NCBI GenBank assembly: GCA_038320275.1
Contig: JBBQEB010000007.1
Span: 1-51,950 of the forward strand
Origin: Myxococcales bacterium
Lineage (GTDB): Bacteria > Myxococcota > Myxococcia > Myxococcales > Anaeromyxobacteraceae
Reading direction: 5' to 3'
Length of the DNA: 51,950 nucleotides
Part shown: positions 20,297 to 30,073 of the stretch, piece by piece
Layout of the letters: the number at the start of each line of letters is the position of its first letter
How positions within the stretch are numbered: the first letter of the stretch is position 1
Position numbers and translations under genes: made by a program
Notes under the pieces: generated by a model
Seen by the model: the letters and a program-made list of their open reading frames with translations, nothing else
Databases searched by the model: none
What the model was told of the DNA's origin: nothing

Positions 20297-21949
20297 ATGA
20301 TCACGGACCTCTGGTACAAGAACGCGGTCATCTACTGCCTGCACGTGGGCTCGTTCCAGGACACCAACGGCGACGGCGTGGGCGACTTCCCGGGGCTCAC
20401 CCGGCGCCTCGATTACCTGGCCGGCCTGGGCGTCACCTGCGTCTGGCTCATGCCGTTCCAGACCTCACCCCAGCGCGACGCTGGCTACGACATCGCCGAC
20501 TACTACAGCGTGGACCCGCGCTTCGGCACGCTGGGAGACTTCGTCGAGTTCACGCGCGGTGCTCATCAGCGAGGCATCCGCGTGCTCATCGATCTCGTCG
20601 TGAACCACACCTCCGACCAGCACCCATGGTTCCGCGAGGCCCGCCGCGACCCGAAGTCGAAGTACCGGGACTGGTACGTGTGGTCGAAGAAGAAGCCCCC
20701 CCGCGCCGACGAGGGCGTGGTGTTCCCGGGCGTGCAGAAGACCACCTGGAGCTACGACGAGGCCTCCCGCGCCTATTACTTCCATCGCTTCTACGAGTTC
20801 CAGCCCGACCTCGACACCGCCCACCCCGCCGTCGCGGCCGAGATCCGCAAGATCATGGGCTTCTGGCTGGAGCTCGGCGTCTCCGGGTTCCGCATGGACG
20901 CGGTCCCCTTCGTCATCGCGAAGAAGGGCGCTGGCGTGAAGCCCACCGAGCAGTACGACATGCTTCGCGACCTGCGCGAGTTCCTGCAGTGGCGCAGCGG
21001 CGATGCGGTGCTGCTCGCCGAGGCCAACGTCCTCCCCAGGAGCGACCTCGAATACTTCGGGGACGACGGCGACCGCATGCACATGATGTTCAACTTCCAG
21101 GCGAACCAGCACCTCTTCCTCGCGCTCGCCACCGCCGACGCCCGCCCGCTCGCGAAGGCGCTCCTCGCCACGAAGGAGCGCCCCGCCACCGCCCAGTGGG
21201 CCCAGTTCCTGCGCAATCACGACGAGCTCGACCTGGGACGGCTGAAGCCCGCCGAGCGCCAGCAGGTCTTCGACGCCTTCGGGCCCGAGCCGCGGATGCA
21301 GCTCTACGGGCGCGGCATCCGGCGCAGGCTCGCCCCCATGCTCGACGGCGATCGCAGGCGGCTCGAGCTCGCCTACAGTCTGGCCTTCACGCTGCCCGGC
21401 ACCCCCGTGCTCCGCTACGGTGACGAGCTGGGCATGGGGGACGACCTCGACCTGGAGGAGCGCGCCTGCGCCCGCACCCCCATGCAGTGGTCCAACTTGC
21501 CGCACGCCGGCTTCTCCACCGCGAAGCGGCTCCCGAACCCGGTCCTCTCCGGGGGGCCCTTCGGCTACGAGCGCGTGAACGCGGCCGACCAGCGCCGGGA
21601 CCCCGAGTCGCTGCTCAACTGGATGGAACGCATCATCCGCATGCGCAAGGAATGTCCCGAGATCGGCTGGGGCGACTTCGCGGTGCTGGACGCCGGGCAG
21701 GCCGAGGTGCTGGCCCTGCTCTACACGTGGCGCAACGATGCCCTGCTCGTCGTCCACAACCTCTCGGGGAGATCGCTGGAGCTCAGGCTCCGCGAGAAGG
21801 ACGTGGGGAGCGACACGCTGGTGAGCCTCCTCTCCGAAGACCACAGCCGGGCGCGCGGCTCGGCGCACACCATCGAGATCGACGCTTACGGCTACCGCTG
21901 GTACCGCGTGGGCAGCCTCGACTACATCCTGAAGCGCACCGGCGCGTAG
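20297..21949 (+). CDS. GH13 alpha-amylase family protein, trehalose synthase (TreS)-like
   Basis: WYKNAVIY, DTNGDGVGDF, VVNHTSDQHPWF, GFRMDAV (nucleophile), LLAEAN (acid/base) and FLRNHDEL. Confidence 0.9.
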   Translation: MITDLWYKNAVIYCLHVGSFQDTNGDGVGDFPGLTRRLDYLAGLGVTCVWLMPFQTSPQRDAGYDIADYYSVDPRFGTLGDFVEFTRGAHQRGIRVLIDLVVNHTSDQHPWFREARRDPKSKYRDWYVWSKKKPPRADEGVVFPGVQKTTWSYDEASRAYYFHRFYEFQPDLDTAHPAVAAEIRKIMGFWLELGVSGFRMDAVPFVIAKKGAGVKPTEQYDMLRDLREFLQWRSGDAVLLAEANVLPRSDLEYFGDDGDRMHMMFNFQANQHLFLALATADARPLAKALLATKERPATAQWAQFLRNHDELDLGRLKPAERQQVFDAFGPEPRMQLYGRGIRRRLAPMLDGDRRRLELAYSLAFTLPGTPVLRYGDELGMGDDLDLEERACARTPMQWSNLPHAGFSTAKRLPNPVLSGGPFGYERVNAADQRRDPESLLNWMERIIRMRKECPEIGWGDFAVLDAGQAEVLALLYTWRNDALLVVHNLSGRSLELRLREKDVGSDTLVSLLSEDHSRARGSAHTIEIDAYGYRWYRVGSLDYILKRTGA

Positions 21950-22004
21950 CGGCCGGCCTCGCGCGCTCGAGGCCGGACCCTTCCGCCGACGATCGTGCGA
22001 GCGC

Positions 22005-23756
22005 CTACAGCACGTCCCAGGCGAAGCCCTCCCGGTTCAGCGCGTCGTCCGCGATGGACGTCACCAGCTCGTCGTCGTTCACGTCGATCCGCCGCAGGTT
22101 GCCGCGGATGCGCGTGCGCGCGGTGCGCGTGTAGACGCGCGCGATCTCGAGCTCGCGCGCGCTCTTCTCCTCGCCGTGGGCCTCCACCGAAGCGTTCACG
22201 CGGGAGATGAGCGCCGACAGCACGAAGAGATCGACGAGGATGTCGGCCAGGCGCCGCAGGGTGGTCTGCTTCTCGATGATGTCTCGGCCGTGCCGCCGGA
22301 TGACACGATCGCACGCCCACGCCAGGTCGCGCGTCTCCTCCTCGAAGGCCTCGGCGGTCTGCCGCAGCGCCGGGTGAAGCAGGGTGAAGCCGCGCTTCTC
22401 GCCCACCAGTCCGGTGCGGATGGAGGCCTGCTTGAGCGCGTAGTCGGAGAGGACGCCGAATCCCTTGATGGGGTCGTTGAGGACGCCCTTCAGGCTCTGC
22501 GCCACCTCCTTCAGCTGCGCGCCCACTCCATTCAGCGCGGTGAGCGCGACGAAGAGCCGAAGGATCTCGTTGGTGCCCTCGAAGATCCGGTTGATGCGCG
22601 CGTCGCGCATGACACGCTCGTAGGGGAACTCGCGCATGAAGCCGTTGCCGCCCGCGATCTGCAGCGCCTCGTCGCAGACGCGCCAGAGCGCCTCGGTGGC
22701 GAACACCTTGGAGATGGCTGCCTCCGCCGCGTAGTCGCCGTAGCCCTGATCGATGAGGCCGGCGACGAGGCTCACCACCGCCTCGGCGGCGTACGCGTCC
22801 ACCACCATCTCTCCGATCTTGGTCTTCACCAGGCCGAAATCGGCGATCGGCTTGCCGAACTGCTTGCGCTCCTTGGCCTGCTTGGTGGCGGCGCTGATGA
22901 GCTTCTTCATGGCGCCCACGCAGCCGCCACCCAGGCCCGTGCGGCCCGAGTTGAGGATCCGCATCGCCGTCTTGAAGCCGAGCCCCTCCTCGCCCAGCAC
23001 GTTCTCGTGCGGCACCTTCACGTCCTCGAAGTGGACGGTGGTGGTGGACGAGGCACGGATGCCCATCTTGTCCTCGTGGGGCCCCACCGAGACGCCGGGC
23101 ATGTCGCGCGTCACGATGAAGGCGGTCATCTGGGCCTTCTTGGAGGCGTCCGGCCCCGGCGTCTTCGCGAAGACGGTGAAGAAGTCGGCGATGCCGCCGT
23201 TGGTGATCCAGAGCTTGTCGCCGTTCAGGTTCCAGTGGTCGCCCTCGCGCACGGCCGAGGTGCGAACCGCCGCGGCGTCCGAGCCAGCGCCCGGCTCGGT
23301 GAGGCAGAACGCCGCGATCATCTCTCCGGTGGCGAGCTTCGGCATGAAGCGCTTCTTCTGAGCGCCGTTTCCGAAGAGGAGGAGGCCGCGCATGCCGATG
23401 GAGGAGTGAGCGCCCACCGTGAGAGCCACCGAGGCGTCGTGCCTCGCGATCTGCTGCAGCGCGCGCGAGTACGCGGCCGCCCCGAAGCCGAGGCCGCCGT
23501 GCTCCTCGGGGATGACGAGGCCGAACAGCCCGAAGCTCTTCAGCTCCTCGATGAATTCCTTCGGCATCTCGCCTGCGACGTCCCAGGCGCGAAACTCCTT
23601 CTCCTTGGAGCCCAGGAGCTGGTCCACCGAGGCGATCACCTGCTCCAGCGTCTCCTTCTCGCCCGCCTGCATCTGCGGGAACGGGACGACGATCTCCTCC
23701 TCGATGCGGCCCATGGCCAGGGACTGAACGAAGCTGGCGGTCTTCTTGTCGATCAT
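22005..23756 (-). CDS. Acyl-CoA dehydrogenase (VLCAD/ACAD9-like long form)
   Basis: FCLTEPGAGSD, KLWITNG, EDKMGIRAS and RIFEGTNEILR, plus a C-terminal helical extension. Confidence 0.93.
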   Translation of the reverse strand: MIDKKTASFVQSLAMGRIEEEIVVPFPQMQAGEKETLEQVIASVDQLLGSKEKEFRAWDVAGEMPKEFIEELKSFGLFGLVIPEEHGGLGFGAAAYSRALQQIARHDASVALTVGAHSSIGMRGLLLFGNGAQKKRFMPKLATGEMIAAFCLTEPGAGSDAAAVRTSAVREGDHWNLNGDKLWITNGGIADFFTVFAKTPGPDASKKAQMTAFIVTRDMPGVSVGPHEDKMGIRASSTTTVHFEDVKVPHENVLGEEGLGFKTAMRILNSGRTGLGGGCVGAMKKLISAATKQAKERKQFGKPIADFGLVKTKIGEMVVDAYAAEAVVSLVAGLIDQGYGDYAAEAAISKVFATEALWRVCDEALQIAGGNGFMREFPYERVMRDARINRIFEGTNEILRLFVALTALNGVGAQLKEVAQSLKGVLNDPIKGFGVLSDYALKQASIRTGLVGEKRGFTLLHPALRQTAEAFEEETRDLAWACDRVIRRHGRDIIEKQTTLRRLADILVDLFVLSALISRVNASVEAHGEEKSARELEIARVYTRTARTRIRGNLRRIDVNDDELVTSIADDALNREGFAWDVL

Positions 23757-23888
23757 GATGTGAGAGCCCTTCGTGCGTGAGCGCGAGCACAACGCTACAC
23801 GACCCCTTGGGCGGGACTCCATTCCAAGCGGGGCCTCCCGCCGGCGCGCAGCGCGGGCGGTTCGCCGGGCGATACGGGAGGGGACGAC

Positions 23889-24302
23889 ATGGTCGAAAAG
23901 CTCGTGCTCACGGACGACGCGTGGCGTCGCCGCCTCTCTCCCGAGGCCTACCAGGTGCTGCGCCTGCACGGCACGGAGCGCGCGGGCAGCGGGTGCTTTC
24001 TCGGTACGAAGGAGCCGGGCACCTACGCCTGCGCGGGCTGCGGGCATCCCCTCTTCCCCTCGGGAACCAAGTTCGAGTCGGGCACGGGGTGGCCCTCGTT
24101 CACCGAACCCCTCTCGGCCGACGCGTTGACGGAGATCGTCGACCGCACGTTTGGAATGACGCGCACGGAGGTGCGCTGCGCCCGCTGCGATGGCCACCTC
24201 GGCCATGTCTTCCCCGACGGGCCTCCGCCCACGGGCCGGCGCTACTGCATGAACTCGATCGCCCTGCGGCACGTCCCCGCCGGAAGCCCTTCCGACCTTT
24301 GA
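23889..24302 (+). CDS. msrB: Peptide-methionine (R)-S-oxide reductase
   Basis: GTER, CAGC, KFESGTGWPSF, RTEVRCARCDGHLGHVFPDGP and RYCMNS motifs. Confidence 0.95.
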   Translation: MVEKLVLTDDAWRRRLSPEAYQVLRLHGTERAGSGCFLGTKEPGTYACAGCGHPLFPSGTKFESGTGWPSFTEPLSADALTEIVDRTFGMTRTEVRCARCDGHLGHVFPDGPPPTGRRYCMNSIALRHVPAGSPSDL

Positions 24303-24380
24303 TCGCCGCCGGCCCGGACCAGCACCGACGGCCGCGGCGACCCGCTATCCCGCAGCTCCGCGCCGCTCGACGGAAAGGGA

Positions 24381-25322
24381 TCAACCTGGGGCGGTCCCAT
24401 CCTCGGGCGCGAAGGCGTGCGGTACTGGCTGGACCGTGGTCTTGCCTTGCCGACCCTCCCCGCCCGCCCAGGCGGCGCCAGCAGGCACGTCGAACGGCCG
24501 CCCCGCGTGGCGCTCGAAGTCCACCGGGTCGTGCCCGCACAGGAGCGTGACCTCCTTCCCGTGCTCGCGCTTGAGCGCGCGCAGCCGCTCCTGGTTCCAG
24601 AGCCGGGCCCGGCGGTCCTTCTCCACGAGGGTCTGGTACATGCGCAGCCCCGGCGTGCAGTGTGGATGCGCGAGGTCCATCTCGCCCCGGTGAAAGTAGG
24701 CGTCCCCGGCCTGCAGGAACCAGCCCGAGTCTCCCTTCACCGCCACCCCCGCGTGCCCGAGGGTGTGTCCCAGGAGCGGAACGAGCAGGATGTCGGGCGG
24801 CACCCCTTGCAGCGAGCGCACCGCGTCGAAGCCGAACCACCCCTCGCCGTCGCCGCGAGGATAGACGCGCCAGTTGGCACGCGTTCCCCATTGCTGTGGC
24901 CGGTAGCGCATGCGGTCGAGGGCGGTGTGCTGGGCCAGCGCACTGTCGCGCTCCCGCGCCAGCATGTGCACGGCCGCGTGCGGGAAGTCGTCCAGTCCCC
25001 CGGCATGATCGAAGTCGAGATGAGTGAGGACGATGTTGAGGACGTCCTTGGGGTCGAAGCCCAACCGCTCGATCTGGCGCACCGCCGTCATCTCCTCGCG
25101 GAGCTCCGGGCTCGTCAGGAAGAGGAAGAACTTGCTCAGGCGGCCGGGCGGGTCCGCGGCGTCGCGCAGACCGAAGCCGGTGTCGACGAGCACGAGTCCC
25201 GAGCCCGTCTCCACGAGCAGGCAGTGCGCGGCGAGCTTTCCGCGGAGACCCTTGGAGCGGCCGTCCATGAGGGCCCCTCCCAGCGGGCACGAGGAGATGG
25301 CGTTCAGGTGATGGATGCGCAT
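24381..25322 (-). CDS. Metallo-beta-lactamase-fold hydrolase
   Basis: LVDTGFG, THLDFDHAGG (HxDxDH variant), GHTLGH, GDAYF and CGHD motifs. Confidence 0.9.
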   Translation of the reverse strand: MRIHHLNAISSCPLGGALMDGRSKGLRGKLAAHCLLVETGSGLVLVDTGFGLRDAADPPGRLSKFFLFLTSPELREEMTAVRQIERLGFDPKDVLNIVLTHLDFDHAGGLDDFPHAAVHMLARERDSALAQHTALDRMRYRPQQWGTRANWRVYPRGDGEGWFGFDAVRSLQGVPPDILLVPLLGHTLGHAGVAVKGDSGWFLQAGDAYFHRGEMDLAHPHCTPGLRMYQTLVEKDRRARLWNQERLRALKREHGKEVTLLCGHDPVDFERHAGRPFDVPAGAAWAGGEGRQGKTTVQPVPHAFAPEDGTAPG

Positions 25323-25641
25323 GGAGCCTTCCGGCGGTGGTGTGTCACAAAGCTAGACACCCCACTCCCGAGAGGCAGCGACGCTGCGCTGCCTTCGCCC
25401 GTACGCGGCGCGCCACCCGGGGTCGGCGGTCCGGGTCCGGGCGGGTCCGCGCGGTCCCTGGCAGGAGCCTCGCCGGTGGGGCATCTGGCACGGATCGCCC
25501 TGATTGCAATCCGTTCAACTATCGTGGGCAATTGTCAGCACGGTGGCGCCACGGTCGTGACGGCGACGTCGAACCCAACGTGATCACCTCTCGCACCGTG
25601 GAGCTTGAGAACGTGCCCCGCGAGCGTGGTACGCGATTGGG

Positions 25642-28305
25642 GTGTTGCTCAATCGATATTGCGTACTCATTGCCGCACTCGCCGTCGCTCCGCGGGACGC
25701 ACCTGCTGCGCAGGTGTGGGCGGCCTCCTCCTCCGAGAAGCTCCTTCCGGGCGCGGCGGCGCGGCCCGCGGGCGCGGTGGCGCTCTCGGCGGCCCGCGGG
25801 GAGTTCGAATCCTTCCAGGTAGCGGTGACCGGGTCCGCGACCGGCGTCAGCGCCACCGCGACGGCGCTCACCGGTCCGGGCATCATCCCGGCCCCCCGGC
25901 TCTACCGCGAGGCGCTCATCGATGTCGCGAACGCGTCGGCGCTCGACGGCAGGACCGGCCGACACCCGGACGCGCTGGTGCCGGACGTCGACGATGTGGT
26001 GGGGGTGGGCGAGAAGCGCAACGCCTTCCCCTTCGCGGTGCCGGCGGGCGAAACGCGCGCCATCTGGGCCGAGGTGCTCGTTCCGCGCAATGCCAAGCCC
26101 GGGACGTACACAGGGTCGGTCACGGTGCGCGCCAGCGGCGCCGCCGACGTCTCGGTGCCGGTGACCCTCACCGTCTGGAACTTCGAGCTACCGGCCACCT
26201 CCTCCTTGAAGAGCTACTACGCCATTTCCTGGGGCGACCTACCCGCCGGGCACGGCACCGGTTACGAGGCCCAGACCATCGCCCCCCTGCGCGCCCGCTA
26301 CGCCCAGCTCGGCCTCGACCATCGCATCTCGATCTCCGGCTTCGACGACGGCCAGGCGAGCTGGGACATGGACTGGTTCGCGAGCCACTATGGACCGCTC
26401 CTCGATGGGACGGCGCCCACCCAGCTCGTGGGCGCGAAGCTCACCAGCGTGGAGTACCTGGGCAAGAAGACGAACGCCTCGTACAAGACCTGGGCCACGT
26501 TCTTCCGCGCTCGTGGCTGGTTCGATCGGCTCTTCGACTACACCTGCGACGAGCCCGCGGCCAACGTGAAGGTCGGTTCGAACGAGCTCCAGTGCAACTG
26601 GTCGGAGATCGCGAGCCGGGCGGCGGTGGCGAAGGCCGCCGATCCCGAGTTCCGCACCCTCGTCACCACCAACGTCGACGAGGCGAGCGAGAACGGCGTC
26701 CTCTCCGCCGTCGACGTGCTCACCCCGGTGGTGAACTACGTGGACGACAAGGACGGGTTCGGGCCACACGCCGGCCCGCAGCGGGCGAAGTACGACAGCT
26801 TCCTGGGAGGCGCCCGCAAGGAGCTCTGGACGTACCAGAGCTGCATGAGCCACGGCTGCGGCGGCACGGTCAACTTCGGGAACCCCAGCGCGAGCGACAC
26901 CTACTTCACCGGGTGGCCGAGCTACATGATCGACGCGGCGTCCGTCCGCGCGCGCTCGCAGGAGTGGCTCTCCTTCCTGTGGGGCACGACGGGAGAGCTG
27001 TACTGGGAGACCACCTACGCCTACACGCAGGGTGACCCCTGGGCGACGCAGTGGGACTTCAACGGCAACGGCGACGGGACGCTGTTCTACCCCGGCACGC
27101 CGGGCCGCATCGGCGGCAAGACCGACATCCCGGTCGCCTCCATTCGCCTGAAGATGATCCGCGCCGGGATGCAGGACTACGAGTATCTGAAGCTGCTCTC
27201 CGACGCCGGGGACCCATCGCTCGCGAAGGCCATCGCGGCCCAGCTCTTCCCCAATGCCTGGACCGAGCCCAGCGTGGAGGCCCTGCTCGACGCGCGACGC
27301 AAGGTCGCAAAGCGCATCGTGGAGCTCCTCCACCCTGGCGAGAACGACAGCGGCGACGACGACGGTTCGGGGACGACGGCCGGTGGGACGACGGCCGGGA
27401 CGACGCCGGGTACGACCACCGGGTCGGTTTCCGGGTCGGGGTCGACGTCGGGTTCGGGTTCGGGTTCGACGTCGGGTTCGGGGTGGAGCGACGCCGGCGA
27501 CTCCACCACCGCGGACACCGCGTCTTCCAACACTTCGGCCGAGGCCCCACCCCAGGTGTCCACCGTCGCTCTCCATCGCGCGGCGGCGCCGGGAGGCTGC
27601 ATGGCGGGCGGGCCTTCCGACCTTGCGACTCTCCTCGGCGGCCTCGCGGCCCTGGCCTTCCGTCGCAGGCCGCGCGGCCGGCGCGACGTCTACCGGCCCA
27701 CCGGCACCGCACGGGCCCGCGCCTCACCGGCCCGCGCCAGCGTCGCGCCCGCTTGCCCTTCCACGACCACCGACGCCGCCGCGGCCCCCAGGCGCGCGGC
27801 CGAAGCCGGCTCCATCCCCTCCGCGAGGCCCAGGAAGAGCCCCGCCGAGAACGCATCCCCCGCGCCGGTGGGATCCACCTCGGTCGCCGGCACCACGCCC
27901 ACCCGCGTCCGGCTTCCGGCCTGGACGAGCTCGCACCCGGCACGACCGTGCGTGAGCGCCACCAGCGGCACCGCCGCGACCAGGCGAGCCGCCAGATCTT
28001 CCTGCCCGCGCAGGTCGTCCTCGCCCGCGCAGGCGACATCGACGCGCCGCAGCTCGGAGCTCGCGGGCTGCCACCGCGATCCCTCGACGGTCCCATCGGG
28101 CCTCGCCGCGCGCACCCAGCCCTGGACGCCGATACCGACCCGGCGAGCCGCGACGACAGCGGTCCAGGCCACGAGATCCACCTCCCCCAGCACCGGGGCG
28201 AGGTGCAGCAGGTCCGGCGACCGCCAGCTTTCCGGGGCGAGGCCCGGCTGGAGCGCCGGAGCGACCGCCTCCACCCGCTGCGTGCGCGCCCCGCTCTCCG
28301 CATAG
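25642..28305 (+). CDS. Secreted DUF4091/GH123-like glycoside hydrolase with G/S/T linker and MYXO-CTERM-like tail; frame continues about 205 aa past the tail
   Basis: Signal peptide, AARGEFESFQ, PGTYTGSV, VWNFELP, DEP, GELYW, NGDGTLFYPG...SIRLKMIRAGMQDYEYL, then GGC...LLGGLAALAFRRR. Credible protein ends near 27684, but the first in-frame stop is at 28303-28305. Confidence 0.8.
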   Translation: MLLNRYCVLIAALAVAPRDAPAAQVWAASSSEKLLPGAAARPAGAVALSAARGEFESFQVAVTGSATGVSATATALTGPGIIPAPRLYREALIDVANASALDGRTGRHPDALVPDVDDVVGVGEKRNAFPFAVPAGETRAIWAEVLVPRNAKPGTYTGSVTVRASGAADVSVPVTLTVWNFELPATSSLKSYYAISWGDLPAGHGTGYEAQTIAPLRARYAQLGLDHRISISGFDDGQASWDMDWFASHYGPLLDGTAPTQLVGAKLTSVEYLGKKTNASYKTWATFFRARGWFDRLFDYTCDEPAANVKVGSNELQCNWSEIASRAAVAKAADPEFRTLVTTNVDEASENGVLSAVDVLTPVVNYVDDKDGFGPHAGPQRAKYDSFLGGARKELWTYQSCMSHGCGGTVNFGNPSASDTYFTGWPSYMIDAASVRARSQEWLSFLWGTTGELYWETTYAYTQGDPWATQWDFNGNGDGTLFYPGTPGRIGGKTDIPVASIRLKMIRAGMQDYEYLKLLSDAGDPSLAKAIAAQLFPNAWTEPSVEALLDARRKVAKRIVELLHPGENDSGDDDGSGTTAGGTTAGTTPGTTTGSVSGSGSTSGSGSGSTSGSGWSDAGDSTTADTASSNTSAEAPPQVSTVALHRAAAPGGCMAGGPSDLATLLGGLAALAFRRRPRGRRDVYRPTGTARARASPARASVAPACPSTTTDAAAAPRRAAEAGSIPSARPRKSPAENASPAPVGSTSVAGTTPTRVRLPAWTSSHPARPCVSATSGTAATRRAARSSCPRRSSSPAQATSTRRSSELAGCHRDPSTVPSGLAARTQPWTPIPTRRAATTAVQATRSTSPSTGARCSRSGDRQLSGARPGWSAGATASTRCVRAPLSA

Positions 28306-28571
28306 GCGTTCGCGAACACCGTCGTGCGGGCGGAGGGAGCGATCACCGCCTCCGTTCCGGCGAGCGCCTGGCGCGGAAAGTCGGAGGCGGCGCGGGTGAT
28401 GACCAGCACCTGCGCGCCCAGCGCGGCGTACACGCGGGCGGCGTAGTAGGCGCCGCCGCCCGGAAGGAGCTCGGCGCCGTACCTGTCGAGCGTGACGTGC
28501 CCCACCACCAGGACGCGGACGGGACGGGTTCGCGGGGGAGCGTCACCCTCGGAGGACAGGCCGGCGCTCAC
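27690..28571 (-). CDS. PfkB/ribokinase family carbohydrate kinase
   Basis: VVGHVTLD, PGGGAYY and VDPTGAGDAFSAG motifs. GTG start overlaps the stop of the outer-membrane factor gene (GTGA). Confidence 0.85.
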   Translation of the reverse strand: MSAGLSSEGDAPPRTRPVRVLVVGHVTLDRYGAELLPGGGAYYAARVYAALGAQVLVITRAASDFPRQALAGTEAVIAPSARTTVFANAYAESGARTQRVEAVAPALQPGLAPESWRSPDLLHLAPVLGEVDLVAWTAVVAARRVGIGVQGWVRAARPDGTVEGSRWQPASSELRRVDVACAGEDDLRGQEDLAARLVAAVPLVALTHGRAGCELVQAGSRTRVGVVPATEVDPTGAGDAFSAGLFLGLAEGMEPASAARLGAAAASVVVEGQAGATLARAGEARARAVPVGR

Positions 28572-30073
28572 CGCCCCGTTCCGCTCTCGCCGAGCGCCGT
28601 CCCGCGGACGGCGACGGTGCTGACCCCCGGCCCGCTGCTGGCGCGCTCCGCCCCGGTGCGCTCCTTCCAGCCTCCGCCCAGCGTGCGGTACAGATCCACC
28701 AGGTTGGCGAGCCGCGAGAGCCGCGTCTCGATGAGTCCCTGCTGCGCCGCGAAGAGGTCTCGCTGCGCGGTCAGCACGTTGAGGTAGCTGTCCACCCCAC
28801 CCCGGTAGCGCTTCTCCGACAGCTCGTAGCGCCGCGTCTCGGCCTTCACCCTCGCCATCTGCGCCCCGAGCTGCACGTCGAGCGCACCGCGCGCTGCCAG
28901 CGCGTCCGACACCTCGCGGAAGGCCGCCTGGATGGCTCCCTCGTAGCGCGCCACCTGAATCGACTTGCGGGTCTCGGCGACGTCGAGGCCCGCCCGCAGC
29001 GCGCCGCCGGTGAAGAGAGGCAGGCTGATCCGGGGAATGAAGCTCCAGGCACCCGAGCCGGAGCCGAACAGGCCGGAGAGCGAGGCGCTCGCGGTTCCGC
29101 CGTTGCCGGTGAGGGTGATGGACGGGAAGAACGCGGCCCGGGCCGCGCCGATGCTGGCGTTCGCGGACCGGAGCGCGTGCTCGGCGGCGAGGATGTCGGG
29201 GCGGCGGAGCAGGACGTCGGACGGCACGCCCACCGGAAGCTCGGCCACGATGGCGACGGAGTCGAGCGGCTGCGACGGTGGCAGCGCCGCCGGGAGCTGC
29301 GCGCCCAGGAGCAGGACGAGCGCGTTCTCCGCCCGCGCGCGGCGGACCTCGGCGGCGGAGAGATTCACCCGGGCCGTCTCGAGCTGGGCCTCGGCAGTGC
29401 GCAGGTCGAGCTCGGAGGAACGCCCCGCCTCGAAGGTGCGGCGAGCGAGCTGCAGCGAATTCTCCACGGTGACGAGCGTCTGCCGCGCGAGGACCACCTC
29501 CTCGTCGAACGCGCGCCGAGCGAGCTCCTGGTTCACCACCTCGCCGACGAGGGCGAGCTGCGCGCCGCGCCGGGCCTCCTCGGTGGCGAGGTAAGCCTCG
29601 AGCGCGGCGGCCGAAAGGCTTCGCACCCGGCCGAAGAGATCGAGCTCGAAGTTGGTGATCCCGGCGCCGACCGCGTAGGCGGTGGCAGTGACGGCGCGCC
29701 CGGTGGTGTTGAGGTCGGCCGGAGTGCGGCCAGCGCTGGCGCTCGCCACCGCGCCGGCCGAAGGCAAGAGCTCCGCTCGCTGGATCCGGTACTGCGCCCG
29801 GGTGAGCTCCACGTTGAGCGCGGTGGCGCGCAGGTCGCGGTTGTTCTGGAGCGCCACCGCTACCAGCGCCTGGAGCCGCGCATCGCCGAAGACGTCGCGC
29901 CAGCCCATGTCCGCCGCTGCCACTGCCGCCGCCGCGGCCCGAGGGGATCCGGAGGGCGCGGGGGGCGTCGGCCAGCCCTCGGCGACGGGCGGAGCAGGGC
30001 GCTGGTATGCCGGTGCCAGCGAGCAGCCGGCGAGGGCGATGGCGAGGAGCGCCGCCGGACGGGCGTCACGCAT
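28568..30073 (-). CDS. RND efflux outer-membrane lipoprotein (OprM/NodT family)
   Basis: Lipobox [41 protein letters not shown] and LYRTLGGGW motifs. Confidence 0.93.
   Translation of the reverse strand: MRDARPAALLAIALAGCSLAPAYQRPAPPVAEGWPTPPAPSGSPRAAAAAVAAADMGWRDVFGDARLQALVAVALQNNRDLRATALNVELTRAQYRIQRAELLPSAGAVASASAGRTPADLNTTGRAVTATAYAVGAGITNFELDLFGRVRSLSAAALEAYLATEEARRGAQLALVGEVVNQELARRAFDEEVVLARQTLVTVENSLQLARRTFEAGRSSELDLRTAEAQLETARVNLSAAEVRRARAENALVLLLGAQLPAALPPSQPLDSVAIVAELPVGVPSDVLLRRPDILAAEHALRSANASIGAARAAFFPSITLTGNGGTASASLSGLFGSGSGAWSFIPRISLPLFTGGALRAGLDVAETRKSIQVARYEGAIQAAFREVSDALAARGALDVQLGAQMARVKAETRRYELSEKRYRGGVDSYLNVLTAQRDLFAAQQGLIETRLSRLANLVDLYRTLGGGWKERTGAERASSGPGVSTVAVRGTALGESGTGR

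Noticed and set aside
25342..25360. GTGTC-N9-GACAC palindrome as an MrpC-type site
   Set aside because: The spacer is 9 nt rather than the 8 I recall for that site, it overlaps the immediate leader of the MBL gene, and it has no independent support.
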